64,000 nt of DNA, from assembly GCA_964016885.1 (NCBI GenBank), contig OZ024752.1, positions 13,516,001 through 13,580,000 of the forward strand, in the 5' to 3' direction. Shown here piece after piece: positions 39,668 through 51,500 of the stretch (position 1 is its first letter; each line of letters opens with the position of its first letter). Under the pieces are notes generated by a model. It was not told the DNA's origin and did no database searches. It saw only the letters and a program-made list of their open reading frames with translations. Made by a program: the position numbers and the translations under genes. This DNA is from Eledone cirrhosa. Its lineage: Eukaryota.

Positions 39668-40132
39668 GAGATTCAACAAGCTTAAAAATGTTTATAACTG
39701 ATTCAAAGCACTCAACAGTTTAGTGGAGTAAATACACAATATATTAATAAATGGAAACTATATTTATGAAACCATATTTATTTTATTACATATATTTCAA
39801 GAGCGACCAAGGTAAATTATGGTGCGCTTTCATCAGATAAAATACGGTTGAAATTCGCTATCCAGCGAATTTCAACCGTTGAGGTTGTCTTTTTTCCGGG
39901 TATGTTAATATTTATTTATAAAGCAAATCTGTATTTTATCTGATGAAAGCGCACCATAATTTACCTTGGTCGCTCTTGAAATATATGTAATAAAATAAAT
40001 ATGGTTTTATAAATAGAGTTTCCATTTATTAATCTATTGTGTATTTACTCCACTAAACTGTTGAGTGCTTTGAATCAGTTATAAACATTTTTAAGCTTGT
40101 TGAATCCCAACAAATTAAATATAACCTCTGCA
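39668..40132. mobile_element. Hammerhead-bearing fold-back element with arms of about 175 bp
   Basis: 39670-39845 and 39931-40106 are inverted; inner hairpin acggttgaaattcgct-atcc-agcgaatttcaaccgt. Confidence 0.85.
39932..39997 (+). ncRNA. Minimal type-I hammerhead motif (mirror copy on - strand at 39779-39845)
   Basis: tattttat-CTGATGA-aagcgcacca...tggtcgctctt-GAAA-tatat-GTA-ataaaata; 8-bp stem I. Confidence 0.75.
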
Positions 40133-40136
40133 TATA

Positions 40137-43100
40137 TCATCATCATCATCATCAACGTTTAACGTCCGTGTTCCACGCTTGCATGGGTTTGGACGGGGGT
40201 AGTCCCACTTGAGGCAAGAGTGATTGTCTTGCTCGCATAGGACTGTCTGGCAGGTTTTCTACAGTTGGATGCCCTTCCTAACACCAACCACATTTACAGT
40301 GTGGGTCTGGGAGGTTTTTACCGTGTTGCCTACACGGCCACATTACAGCGTGGACTGTGTGTTTTTTTGTCGTGACACCTACACGATCTCATTTGTTTCG
40401 GCCCGGATGGCGCGGCACCAACATAACTTTACATAGGACGGGGTGGTGTGGATGGGGTGGGGGTGGTGGTGGTGGGACGGGGTGTATTTTGTTAGAGATG
40501 CCTACTGGCAAGGCGGGTCTTCTCTGTTACTGAGTACCGCCAAAGGTCTCGGTCCAGTGACATTGTCTTGGAGAGGTGTAAGTGTGTGAGGTCGGAGTTT
40601 ATCAGCTCGTCCCAGGTTTTTCTAGGTCTGCCTATTCCGTGGCTACCGTCTATCTTTATTGCCCTGCACTTTGTTATACAGCTATCGACTTTCATGCGCA
40701 TCACGTGTCCATACCAACGTAGCCTTCTCTCGAGTAAACAACATCTGATCCCTCTTATCTCTAATTTTTTCCTTAGTTCGTTTATGCTTTGCCGTTCACG
40801 TATATTACTGTTACACATCCAGCGGAGCATGCAAGCTTCGTTCCTCTCTAGTCTGCGTATATCCTCTGCACACAATGCCCAGGTCTCACTGCCATGCAAC
40901 ATTGCTGTTCGTATGCAGGCATCGTACAACCTGCCTTTCATTTTTAGGGAGAACCCTTTAGCAGCTAATAGTGGTATAAGCTCTCTGAACTTTTTCCAAC
41001 CAGTTCTGACTCTAGCTACAGTACTTTCAGAGCACCCTCCCCCACTGCTGATTTTATCGCCCAGGTAACGGAAGCTGTCCACTATTTCTATAGAACCCTC
41101 TGCGCAATTGAAAGAGCTAGTATTGTGTGGGCACTTGCTGCTACTTATTGCACCAGAACACCGGCCACATGTAAAATCTATGTTCTTAGTTAGCTTACCT
41201 GTGATCCCACTACATCTTTTATGCACCCATACTTTGCATTTAGGACACAAAATGGAGTTTCTACCTACGCCTTTCCTACACACCGAGCACGACCATTTCC
41301 CAGAAGGGACCGCCGCCTTGTTTTCTTTCCTACAAACTAGAACTTTGGTCTTAGCCAGGTTAATTTTAAGTCCTTTTGACTCTAGGCCGTGCTTCCATGT
41401 TTGGAATTTCTTCTCTAGCTCGGCCATTGATTCCGCTATGAGTGTCAGGTCGTCTGCGTATAGGAGTTCCCATGGGCAGCCTGTCTTGAACTCCTCTGTT
41501 ATAGCCTGAAGGGCAATAATAAATAGTAGGGGGCTGAGAACAGAGCCCTGATGGACGCCAACTTTTACGCTAAACTCTTCACTATATTCGTTGTTAATTC
41601 TAACCTTGCTGACTGTTTCTTTATACATGGCTTGTATAGCCCTCACAAGCCATTCGTCAACGCCTAGTTTTCTAAGAGCCCACCAGATAATGGAGCGGGG
41701 GACTCTGTCGAAGGCTTTCTCCAAGTCGACAAAAGCTAAGTAGAGGGGTTTACCTTTAGCTAGGTACTTCTCCTGTAGTTGTCGTACTATGAAAAGAGCG
41801 TCTGTGGTACTTTTGCCTGACACAAACCCGAACTGCATTTCATCTAGGTCAATTCTCTCTCTGATTAGTTGCGCTATTACTTTTTCTGTGACCTTCATGA
41901 CCTGGTCGATTAATTTAATGCCTCTATAGTTACTCCTATCTAGGGCGTCTCCTTTACCCTTATAACAGTTAACGATGATGCTGCTATGCCAGTCCTTCGG
42001 AACAGCCCCATTCTGTACGACTTGGTTAACTATGCGGGTGACCATGGTGTGTCCCACCGTGCCAGATGCCTTCAGCATCTCAGCAACTATTTCCGAAGGC
42101 CCAGCCGCCTTACCTGTCTTCATATCCTTGATTGCCTTACTTATTATACTCCCCTCGACTAACACTGCTGGTCCCTCTATTGGGTCGACATGGGGGAGAC
42201 TGTCTTTCTCCCATTTATTCTCCTCATTTAGTAGCCTTTCATAGTGACACTTCCAAGCTGCCTTCTTATCAGTGTCGGTGATGGCAAGTATGCCATCATC
42301 GTTAAGTACACACTTCTCCCCGACAATATCACGGTTTTCCTTGACGCATTGCCTAGCAATCCTGAACACCTCACGTTTTTGGTCATCGCGTTGTAGGACA
42401 TGCTTGAACTTTCTTTCCTCAGCTTCCCTTCTTGCTAAGTACACTTCTCTCCTAGCTTCCCTCCTGGCCACTTGATAGTCTACTCTACTTCCCCCATCCC
42501 GCCATACTTTCCAAGCCTGCTTTTTGGCCTTAATTGACTCCTCCACCTTACTGTTCCACCACCATGTTACTCTCCTCCTGCCTACAGGCCTGCTCCAGCC
42601 ACAGACTTCGTCTGTGGCCAACAGCAGGTTTGCTTTCAGAAATTCCCACTGTCCCTCTATATTGTCCGACTCTAAGTGTTCTTCCTTACTGTCGAAAGCA
42701 TCAAGTAATATGTTTTGAAATTTATTTTTGGCTGTGGGGTCCTTTAGCTTCCATATTTTTCTCCTGAGGATAGTCCTCTTCTGCTGTCGAGTACGTCTCG
42801 ACCTGACTATGAGGTCGCTAATTATCAGTCTATGTTGGGAGGTGCATTCTTCATGGGGGAGGGATTTAGTGTTTACAACAGACACTCTGTCACGTCTTCT
42901 GGTAAGGATATAATCTACCTGGCTTGTGTGTTCCCCGGATCTATAGGTGATCAGGTGATTGTCACGTTTTTTGAAGTTAGTGTTACAGATAGTTAGGTTA
43001 TTTGCATCACAGAATTCCAGGATTCTGGAGCCTTCCTCATTTCTAGTACCAAACCCATAGCCTCCATGGATTTCGTCGTAGCCGTCACAATGTTGCCCAA

Positions 43101-44237
43101 CGTGACCATTTAGGTCGCCTGCAATAATTATATAGTCACTGTCAGATATTTGGGAGGTAGTGAGCATCAGTGTCTCATAGAATCTGTCTTTTATAGTGCC
43201 GGGCAGTCCGGATTGGGGTGCATACGCAGATATTACTGTCACCGTAGTTCTATTGAGGACAAGTCGTATTTTAATTATTCTGTCGTTCACTCTATTTACG
43301 TCTATTATCTTATCCGCCCACTTTTCTGCTACCATGATTCCTACTCCACCCAGCCCATCGTCGTTTCCCACCCAGAAAAGCTTATAACATCGTTTTTTAC
43401 CCTCAATGAATCTAGCAGACCCACCCCTCCACCTGGTCTCTTGAATACAACAAACATCGACCTCCTTACGTTCAAGCATTTCTACAACCTCGTTAGCGCG
43501 CCCCTTTAGGGTGCCTACATTTATGGTACCAACTCTGAAGTTTTGGATCGCGTTTGGAGGGTGGGGGTGGTGTGGGGCGGGGGGAGATGGGGTTATGTTA
43601 GCCATCCGCGGGCGAAACAAAGAAGAGTGCTCGCATTCTCGTCCACGAGGTGAATTTGACTTTAGCATTGGCATTTTCGCTCTGAGCGTCCAGATTTTTC
43701 TCTCCCCTCCACTCTCCAGGATTCCGCAGTCCGTCCATCCATCCATCATATATCGAAGGCAACCGTGCAAGCGATAGTATAGGCCTCTGGCTTATGATTG
43801 GTCCGCGTAATAATAATAATGGTGATGCGTGTGGGGGGGGGGGTCTCTGGCTTATAGTAATAATGGTGATGCGTGTGGGGGGGGGGGTCTCTGGCTTATG
43901 ATTGGTCCACGTATTAAGAATGGTGGTGTGTGGGGGCGGGTGGGAGGGATGTGGGGTAGCTAGCTGGAAGGTTATGAATGTTTACCAGCGAGTAACAAAA
44001 AGCAAAACTGCAAGATTTGTTCTGTTCAATACGACAAAAACACCGTATTTAAACCTTAATAAATAACAAAAAATACAGATTTCGGATTTTGCGGGATTGG
44101 ATGTTTGTACGAAATTGTGGTGTGTGGAGGAGATAGGAAAAACGTGAACGTTACGATTACATGGTTACACCGTAGTAGGGGTAGTTGAAGCAGCAATTGT
44201 TTGGCGAAAGTGAATAAACATGAACGGGAATTTATCT

Positions 44238-44268
<31 letters not shown>

Positions 44269-44758
44269 AGCTAAGAGGGAGAGAGAGAGAGTGGGAAGGG
44301 GGAGAGAGAGAGAGAGAGAGTGGCTGACCGCAACCCCTCGTGAAGAAAATGGTGGGTGAGGGGTGTATGAGCGGGATTTTTGACTTTCGAGGTAGCATGA
44401 TATATATATTTAAAGTAAATTATAAGAAGTAGAATGGAAAGGATTTTGTTGTTTTTTGTTTTTTTGTTTGAGAATACGATAGAATTAGGGAATTGGAGGA
44501 TAAGCTGGAAGGTTATGAATGTTTACCAGCGAGTAACAAAAAGCAAAACTGCAAGATTTGTTCTGTTCAATACGACAAAAACACCGTATTTAAACCTTAA
44601 TAAATAACAAAAAAATACAGATTTCGGATTTTGCGGGATTGGATGTTTGTACGAAATTGTGGTGTGTGGAGGAGATAGGAAAAACGTGAACGTTACGATT
44701 ACATGGTTACACCGTAGTAGGGGTAGTTGAAGCAGCAATTGTTTGGCGAAAGTGAATA

Positions 44759-44763
<5 letters not shown>
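40137..44763 (-). mobile_element. Full-length RTE-clade non-LTR retrotransposon
   Basis: Single long ORF, about 350-bp 3' UTR, (GAT)n tail at 40137-40153, and a 5' region with a 260-bp duplication; inserted at TA-rich sequence. Confidence 0.93.
40492..43770 (-). CDS. RTE ORF: AP endonuclease + reverse transcriptase + PHD-like zinc finger (exact start uncertain)
   Basis: APE motifs GTINV..L, IQETRW, ISAYAPQ, GDLNGHVG, VDYIL, SQHRL; RT motifs QFGF, AFVDLEKAFDRV, GVHQGSVLSPLLF, LLYADDL; no stops over 1092 codons. Confidence 0.95.
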   Translation of the reverse strand: MHGCLRYMMDGWTDCGILESGGERKIWTLRAKMPMLKSNSPRGRECEHSSLFRPRMANITPSPPAPHHPHPPNAIQNFRVGTINVGTLKGRANEVVEMLERKEVDVCCIQETRWRGGSARFIEGKKRCYKLFWVGNDDGLGGVGIMVAEKWADKIIDVNRVNDRIIKIRLVLNRTTVTVISAYAPQSGLPGTIKDRFYETLMLTTSQISDSDYIIIAGDLNGHVGQHCDGYDEIHGGYGFGTRNEEGSRILEFCDANNLTICNTNFKKRDNHLITYRSGEHTSQVDYILTRRRDRVSVVNTKSLPHEECTSQHRLIISDLIVRSRRTRQQKRTILRRKIWKLKDPTAKNKFQNILLDAFDSKEEHLESDNIEGQWEFLKANLLLATDEVCGWSRPVGRRRVTWWWNSKVEESIKAKKQAWKVWRDGGSRVDYQVARREARREVYLARREAEERKFKHVLQRDDQKREVFRIARQCVKENRDIVGEKCVLNDDGILAITDTDKKAAWKCHYERLLNEENKWEKDSLPHVDPIEGPAVLVEGSIISKAIKDMKTGKAAGPSEIVAEMLKASGTVGHTMVTRIVNQVVQNGAVPKDWHSSIIVNCYKGKGDALDRSNYRGIKLIDQVMKVTEKVIAQLIRERIDLDEMQFGFVSGKSTTDALFIVRQLQEKYLAKGKPLYLAFVDLEKAFDRVPRSIIWWALRKLGVDEWLVRAIQAMYKETVSKVRINNEYSEEFSVKVGVHQGSVLSPLLFIIALQAITEEFKTGCPWELLYADDLTLIAESMAELEKKFQTWKHGLESKGLKINLAKTKVLVCRKENKAAVPSGKWSCSVCRKGVGRNSILCPKCKVWVHKRCSGITGKLTKNIDFTCGRCSGAISSSKCPHNTSSFNCAEGSIEIVDSFRYLGDKISSGGGCSESTVARVRTGWKKFRELIPLLAAKGFSLKMKGRLYDACIRTAMLHGSETWALCAEDIRRLERNEACMLRWMCNSNIRERQSINELRKKLEIRGIRCCLLERRLRWYGHVMRMKVDSCITKCRAIKIDGSHGIGRPRKTWDELINSDLTHLHLSKTMSLDRDLWRYSVTEKTRLASRHL

Positions 44764-44799
<36 letters not shown>

Positions 44800-44810
<11 letters not shown>

Positions 44811-45204
44811 TAAACGGAATAGAAAATGCTGACAAATTGTTCAGAGTTGAAAAATAGTTTAATTAGGAATAAAAGAGTATTAGTGATTGTATGGGTTAGT
44901 ATTCAGTTGTGGTTTTAAGTTTTTAAGTTTTTACCGGTTGCGCATTTCTAAATGCTTTTCAAAAATAATTTTGAGATAGAGTGTCCGTGCTGTTTGCTCA
45001 GATCAGAGCAAACAGCACGGACACTCTATCTCAAAATTATTTTTGAAAAGCATTTAGAAATGCGCAACCGGTAAAAACTTAAAAACTTAAAACCACAACT
45101 GAATACTAACCCATACAATCACTAATACTCTTTTATTCCTAATTAAACCATTTTTCAACTCTGAACAATTTGTCAGCATTTTCTATTCCGTTTACCAATA
45201 TATA
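44800..45204. repeat. Near-perfect palindrome of about 400 bp with about 200-bp arms and almost no spacer
   Basis: Centre ...gtttgctc-agatca-gagcaaac...; arms end in tatattggtaaacgg / ccgtttaccaatata; flanked by (TA)n. Confidence 0.92.
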
Positions 45205-45233
45205 ATAACTTGTGTGTTACACCTCTATTCTTT

Positions 45234-45275
<42 letters not shown>

Positions 45276-45479
45276 TATACATATATATATGTATTTCTAC
45301 ATCTATATATGTCATGTATATACATGACAAACTTGATTCACTCCCACTTCATAGGCGGATTTGGTGGATATAGGTGTGTGTGTGGTATACCTGTGTATGT
45401 GTGTGCTATTAGGTGTGGCAGGTATGTTGATGTGTGTGGTATACCTGTGTATGTGTGTGCTGTTTGGTGTGTGAGGTAT

Positions 45480-46260
45480 GTTGATGTGTGTGTGTGTGCA
45501 TGTATGTGTGTGTGTGTGCATGTATGAGTGTGTGTGTGTGCATGCATGAGTGTGTTTGTGTGTTTGCATGTATGAGTGTGAGTGTGCATGTATGAGTGTG
45601 TGTGTGTGTGCATGTATGAGTGTGTGTGTGCATGTATGAGTGTGTGTGCATGTATGAGTGTGTGTGTGTGCATGTATGAGTGTGTGTACATGTATGAGTG
45701 CGTGTGTGTGCATGTGCATGTATGAGTGTGTGTGTGCATGTATTAGTGTGTGTGTGTCTGTGCATATATGAGTGTGTGCATGTATGAGTGTGTGTACATG
45801 TATGAGTGTGCGTGTGTGTGTGCATGTAAGAGTGTGTGTGTGTGCATGTAAGAGTGTGTGTGTGCATGTATGAGTGTGTGTGTGTGCATGTATGAGTGTG
45901 TGTGTGCATATATGAGTGTGTATATGTATGAGTGTGTGTGCGTATGTGTGTGCATGTAAGAGTGTGTGTGTGCATGTATGAGTGTGTGTGTGCATGTATG
46001 AGTGTGTGTGTGCATGTATGAGTGTGTGTGTGTGTGTGCATGTACGAGTGTGTGTGTGTGTACATGTATGAGTGTGTGTGTGTGTGTGTGTACATGTATG
46101 AGTGTGTGTGTGTACATGTATGAGTGTGTGTGTGTGTGTGCATGTATGAGTGTGTCTGTGCATGTATGAGTGTGTGGGTGTGTGCATGTATGAGTGTGTG
46201 TGTGTGTGCATGTACGAGTGTGTGAGTGTGTGTGTGTGCATATATGAGTGTGTGCATGTC
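45480..46260. repeat. Compound (TG)n-catgtatgag minisatellite
   Basis: Directly visible. Confidence 0.95.
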
Positions 46261-46551
46261 TGTATGTCAGCTAAGAAATATATGACCTCATGTTATTTAC
46301 ACAGCCATATAGTAAAGCAGAAAAGGAGACAGACTTAACATAACTGCAGCAAAGTTGCAAGGTGGGCTACATACCATAGAGACATGTCTAAACATCCATC
46401 AGGTTGCCAGTAGAAACCCAGCTAGGTTTGAAGTCCAGAGTACAGCCAGGCTGACATTACTTCTGAAAGAGAGGAAAGAAAGTTATAGCTGTATTGTACA
46501 GAACAGTTTGAATGTGTGTGTTGTGTGCACACACAGCCCCTCCCTTATATT

Positions 46552-46652
<101 letters not shown>

Positions 46653-47259
46653 CATATATATTATATATATATTATATATACAAATATATATATACACATA
46701 TATATTATATATACATATATATTATATATACATATATATTATATATACATATATATATATATATATTATATATACATATATATTATATATATATATATTA
46801 TATATACATATATATTATATATACATATATATTATATATACATATATATTATATATATATTATATATACAAATATATATATACACATATATATTATATAT
46901 ACATATATATTATATATATATTATATATACAAATATATATATACACATATATATTATATATACATATATATTATATATACATATATATTATATATACATA
47001 TATATTATATATACATATATATATATATATTATATATACATATATATTATATATATTTTATATATACAAATATATTATATATACACATATATATTATATA
47101 TATATTATATATACATATATATATATACATATATACATATATATATATACATTGAAGGCAGCCGACCTGACTAGAAACTGCTAAATGTGGGGCCACCCTC
47201 CTGTCTCTGCCTTTTCAGTCCCATGGATTGTGTCTATTATATTCCTTTTGTTATATTTC

Positions 47260-47320
47260 GAATACCTGATGATGTCACCTAATTCATTCTGAACCCGTAC
47301 ATTGAAATGTTCATAGTATA
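47260..47320 (+). ncRNA. Hammerhead-like motif
   Basis: atac-CTGATGA-tgtcac...gtacatt-GAAA-tgttc-ATA-gtat; stem I atac/gtat; stem II imperfect. Confidence 0.5.
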
Positions 47321-47461
47321 ACAAACCTTATAAGGAATTACACCAGTCCAGCCTCCTGTTATTTTATAATATATATATATCATCATCATCATCATCATCA
47401 TTTTCGTCTGCTTTTCCCTGCTTGTGTGGATGGGTACACAGACACATATATTGTATGTGTG

Positions 47462-47549
<88 letters not shown>

Positions 47550-47976
47550 TACATATACATACATATAAATATATGTTTGTGTCTTTGTACACATACAAAC
47601 ATACACACACACATATATACATATAAAGTTATAGCTGTATATATAGATATAGAGAGTAGGTGACCTAGACTGCGCTAATGTGTATATAAATATATACATT
47701 TTTAATATATACATATGTAAACATTCCAGAAATACGAATTTCCTTGTCATTCAAAACAGGTTAAACACCTTTAATTGATTTTCAAACCTAGTTGGGTCTT
47801 CACCAGGTGTGTTCTATGATCTAAACAACCACAAGGTAGCATGTATTCGATGGGACTATATACCCAGTCACTAATAAATGTGTATATTTATATACACATT
47901 GGCGCAGTCTCAGTTACCCATTCTGTATATATACAGATATCTCTAGTGTACATTCCAGGTGCTTAGCACATTTCTT

Positions 47977-48011
<35 letters not shown>

Positions 48012-48039
48012 GGGGAGATACATATATATATTCCGACCT

Positions 48040-48497
48040 CACACACTTACATCTCTCTAAGACAATATTTCTGGACCGAGATCTTTGGCGCTACGCAGTA
48101 ATACAGAAGACCTGCCTTGCCTAAGTACAAAGCAAAACCTACAGTCAGTAGGCACCTCTTAACCAAATATACACCCCAATCCACTACCCCTACCCTATCC
48201 TCCCACTCCCACCAACAGCACGAGATAATGAGATTGAGGTCGTGTAGGTGTCACGACAAAAAACATACACAGTCCACGCTGTAATGTGGCCGTGTAGGTA
48301 ACACGGTAAAAAGTTCCCAGTTCCGCACTGTAAATGTGGTTGGTGTTAGGAAGGGCATCCAGCCGTAGAAAAACTGCCAGATAGTACTATATGAGCGAAA
48401 CACGGTCACCCGACCAGCCTTGCCTCAAGTGGGACAACTCCCGTCTAACCCATACTAGCGTGGAAAATGGACGTTAAACGAAGATGATGAGATGATG
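48040..48497 (+). mobile_element. RTE 3' fragment of the same subfamily as the full-length LINE
   Basis: Similar to the reverse complement of about 40140-40590. Confidence 0.75.
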
Positions 48498-48580
48498 ATA
48501 TATAGAAATAGAGAGAGAGGGGGATATATATATATATAGAAATAGAGAGAGAGGGGGGATATATATATATATATACATAT

Positions 48581-51500
48581 ATTGAGAGAGAAACTAGGCA
48601 TAAGAGGAATCAGATGCTGCATGCAGGAGCAGGAGAGGAGATTGCGTTGGCATGGACATGTGATGTGTACCATGGAGGACATTAATATAAGAATGAACGG
48701 AGTGCTCAGAGTTGATGGAAGCCGTGGAGTGGGGAGACCCAGGAAGATTTGGGGCAAGGCAATAAAAGCTGACCATGCCCAGTTGCACATCTCAAAAGCA
48801 ATGGCACAGGACCTAGTTTTCTGGTGTTATGCAGTACTACAGAAGTTCAATGGGCACAAGCCGAGAGTGAAGCATATATATAGTATGCACCGCACCGCAC
48901 CACACATTCTACACCACACCACACACTCCCTTAGGACAAGCTGAAGCATACACGCAGTGAAGCCTCCAGTCCACACTGTAAACTGATAGTGAGGGTGACA
49001 CTGCAAAAAAGCACCCAGTCCACACTGTAAACTGATAGTGAGGGTGACACTGCAAAAAAGCACCCAGTCCACACTGTAAAGTGGTAGTGAGGGTGACACT
49101 GTAAAAAAGCACCCAGTCCACACTGTAAAGTGGTAGTGAGGGTGACACTGCAAAAAAGCACCCAGTCCACACTGTAAAGTGGTAGTGAGGGTGACACTGC
49201 AAAAAAGCACCCAGTCCACCCTGTAAAGTGGTAGTGAGGGTGACACTGCAAAAAAGCACCCAGTCCACACTGTAAAGTGGTAGTGAGGGTGACACTGCAA
49301 AAAAGCACCCAGTCCACACTGTAAAGTGATAGTGAGGGTGACACTGCAAAAAAGCACCCAGTCCACACTGTAAAGTGGTAGTGAGGGTGACACTGCAAAA
49401 AAGCACCCAGTCCACCCTGTAAAGTGGTAGTGAGGGTGACACTGCAAAAAAGCACCCAGTCCACACTGTAAAGTGGTAGTGAGGGTGACACTGTAAAAAA
49501 GCACCCAGTCCACACTGTAAAGTGGTAGTGAGGGTGACACTGCAAAAAAGCACCCAGTCCACACTGTAAAGTGGTAGTGAGGGTGACACTGCAAAAAAGC
49601 ACCCAGTCCACCCTGTAAAGTGGTAGTGAGGGTGACACTGCAAAAAAGCACCCAGTCCACACTGTAAAGTGGTAGTGAGGGTGACACTGCAAAAAAGCAC
49701 CCAGTCCACACTGTAAAGTGATAGTGAGGGTGACACTGCAAAAAAGCACCCAGTCCACACTGTAAAGTGGTAGTGAGGGTGACACTGCAAAAAAGCACCC
49801 AGTCCACCCTGTAAAGTGGTAGTGACGGTGACACTGCAAAAAAGCACCCAGTCCACACTGTAAACTGATAGTGAGGCTGACACTGCAAAAAAGCACCCAG
49901 TCCACACTGTAAAGTGGTAGTGAGGGTGACACTGCAAAAAAGCACCCAGTCCAAACTGGAAAGTGGTAGAGAGGGTGACACTGCAAAAAAGCACTCAGTC
50001 CACACTGTAAAGTGGTAGTGAGGGTGACACTGCAAAAAAGTACCCAGTCCACACTGTAAAGTGGTAGTGAGCGTCACACTGCAAAAAAGCACCCAGTCCA
50101 CACTGTAAAGTGGTAGTGAGGGTGACACTGCAAAAAAGTACCCAGTCCACACTGTAAAGTGGTAGTGAGTGTGACACTGCAAAAAAGCACCCAGTCCACA
50201 CTGTAAAGTGGTAGTGAGGGTGACACTGCAAAAAAGCACCCAGTCCACACTGTAAAGTGGTAGTGAGCGTGACACTGCAAAAAAGCACCCAGTCCACACT
50301 GTAATGTGGTAGTGAGGGTGACACTGCAAAAAAGCACCCAGTCCACCCTGTAAAGTGGTAGTGACGGTGACACTGCAAAAAAGCACCCAGTCCACACTGT
50401 AAACTGATAGTGAGGCTGACACTGCAAAAAAGCACCCAGTCCAAACTGGAAAGTGGTAGAGAGGGTGACACTGCAAAAAAGCACTCAGTCCACACTGTAA
50501 AGCTGCAGTGAGGGTGACACTGCAAAAAAGCACCCAGTCCACACTGTAAAGTGGTAGTGAGGGTGACACAGCAAAAAAGCACCCAGTCCACACTGTAAAG
50601 TGGTAGTGAGGGTGACACTGCAAAAAAGCACCCAGTCCACACTGTAAAGTGGTAGTGAGCGTGACACTGTAAAAAAGCACCCTGTCCACACTGTAAAGTG
50701 GTAGTGAGGGTGACACTGCAAAAAAGCACCCAGTCCACCCTGTAAAGTGGTAGTGAGGGTGACACTGCAAAAAAGCACCCAGTCCACACTGTAAAGTGGT
50801 AGTGAGGGTGACACTGCAAAAAAGCACCCAGTCCACACTGTAAAGTGATAGTGAGGGTGACACTGCAAAAAAGCACCCAGTCCACACTGTAAAGTGGTAG
50901 TGAGGGTGACACTGCAAAAAAGCACCCAGTCCACCCTGTAAAGTGGTAGTGACGGTGACACTGCAAAAAAGCACCCAGTCCACACTGTAAACTGGTAGTG
51001 AGGCTGACACTGCAAAAAAGCACCCGGTCCACACTGTAAAATGGTAGTGAGGGTGACACTGCAAAAAAGCACCCAGTCCAAACTGGAAAGTGGTAGAGAG
51101 GGTGACACTGCAAAAAAGCACTCAGTCCACACTGTAAAGTGGTAGTGAGGGTCACACTGCAAAAAAGCACCCAGTCCACACTGTAAAGTGGTAGTGAGGG
51201 TGACACTGCAAAAAAGCACCCAGTCCACACTGTAAAGTGGTAGTGAGGGTGACACTGCAAAAAAGCACCCAGTCCACACTGTAAAGTGGTAGTGAGGGTG
51301 ACACTGCAAAAAAGCACCCAGTCCACACTGTAAAGTGGTAGTGAGGGTGACACTGCAAAAAAACACCCAGTCCACACTGTAAAGTGGTAGTGAGGGTGAC
51401 ACTGCAAAAAAGTACCCAGTCCACACTGTAAAGTGGTAGTGAGCGTCACACTGCAAAAAAGCACCCAGTCCACACTGTAAACTGATAGTGAGGCTGACAC

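Noticed and set aside
40568-43777. + strand ORFs overlapping the LINE
   Set aside because: Antisense shadows of the RTE ORF
44320-44370. HDV-like ribozyme at the RTE 5' end
   Set aside because: ggctgacc...cccctcgtg is suggestive, but it is on the strand opposite the LINE and I could not build the nested double pseudoknot
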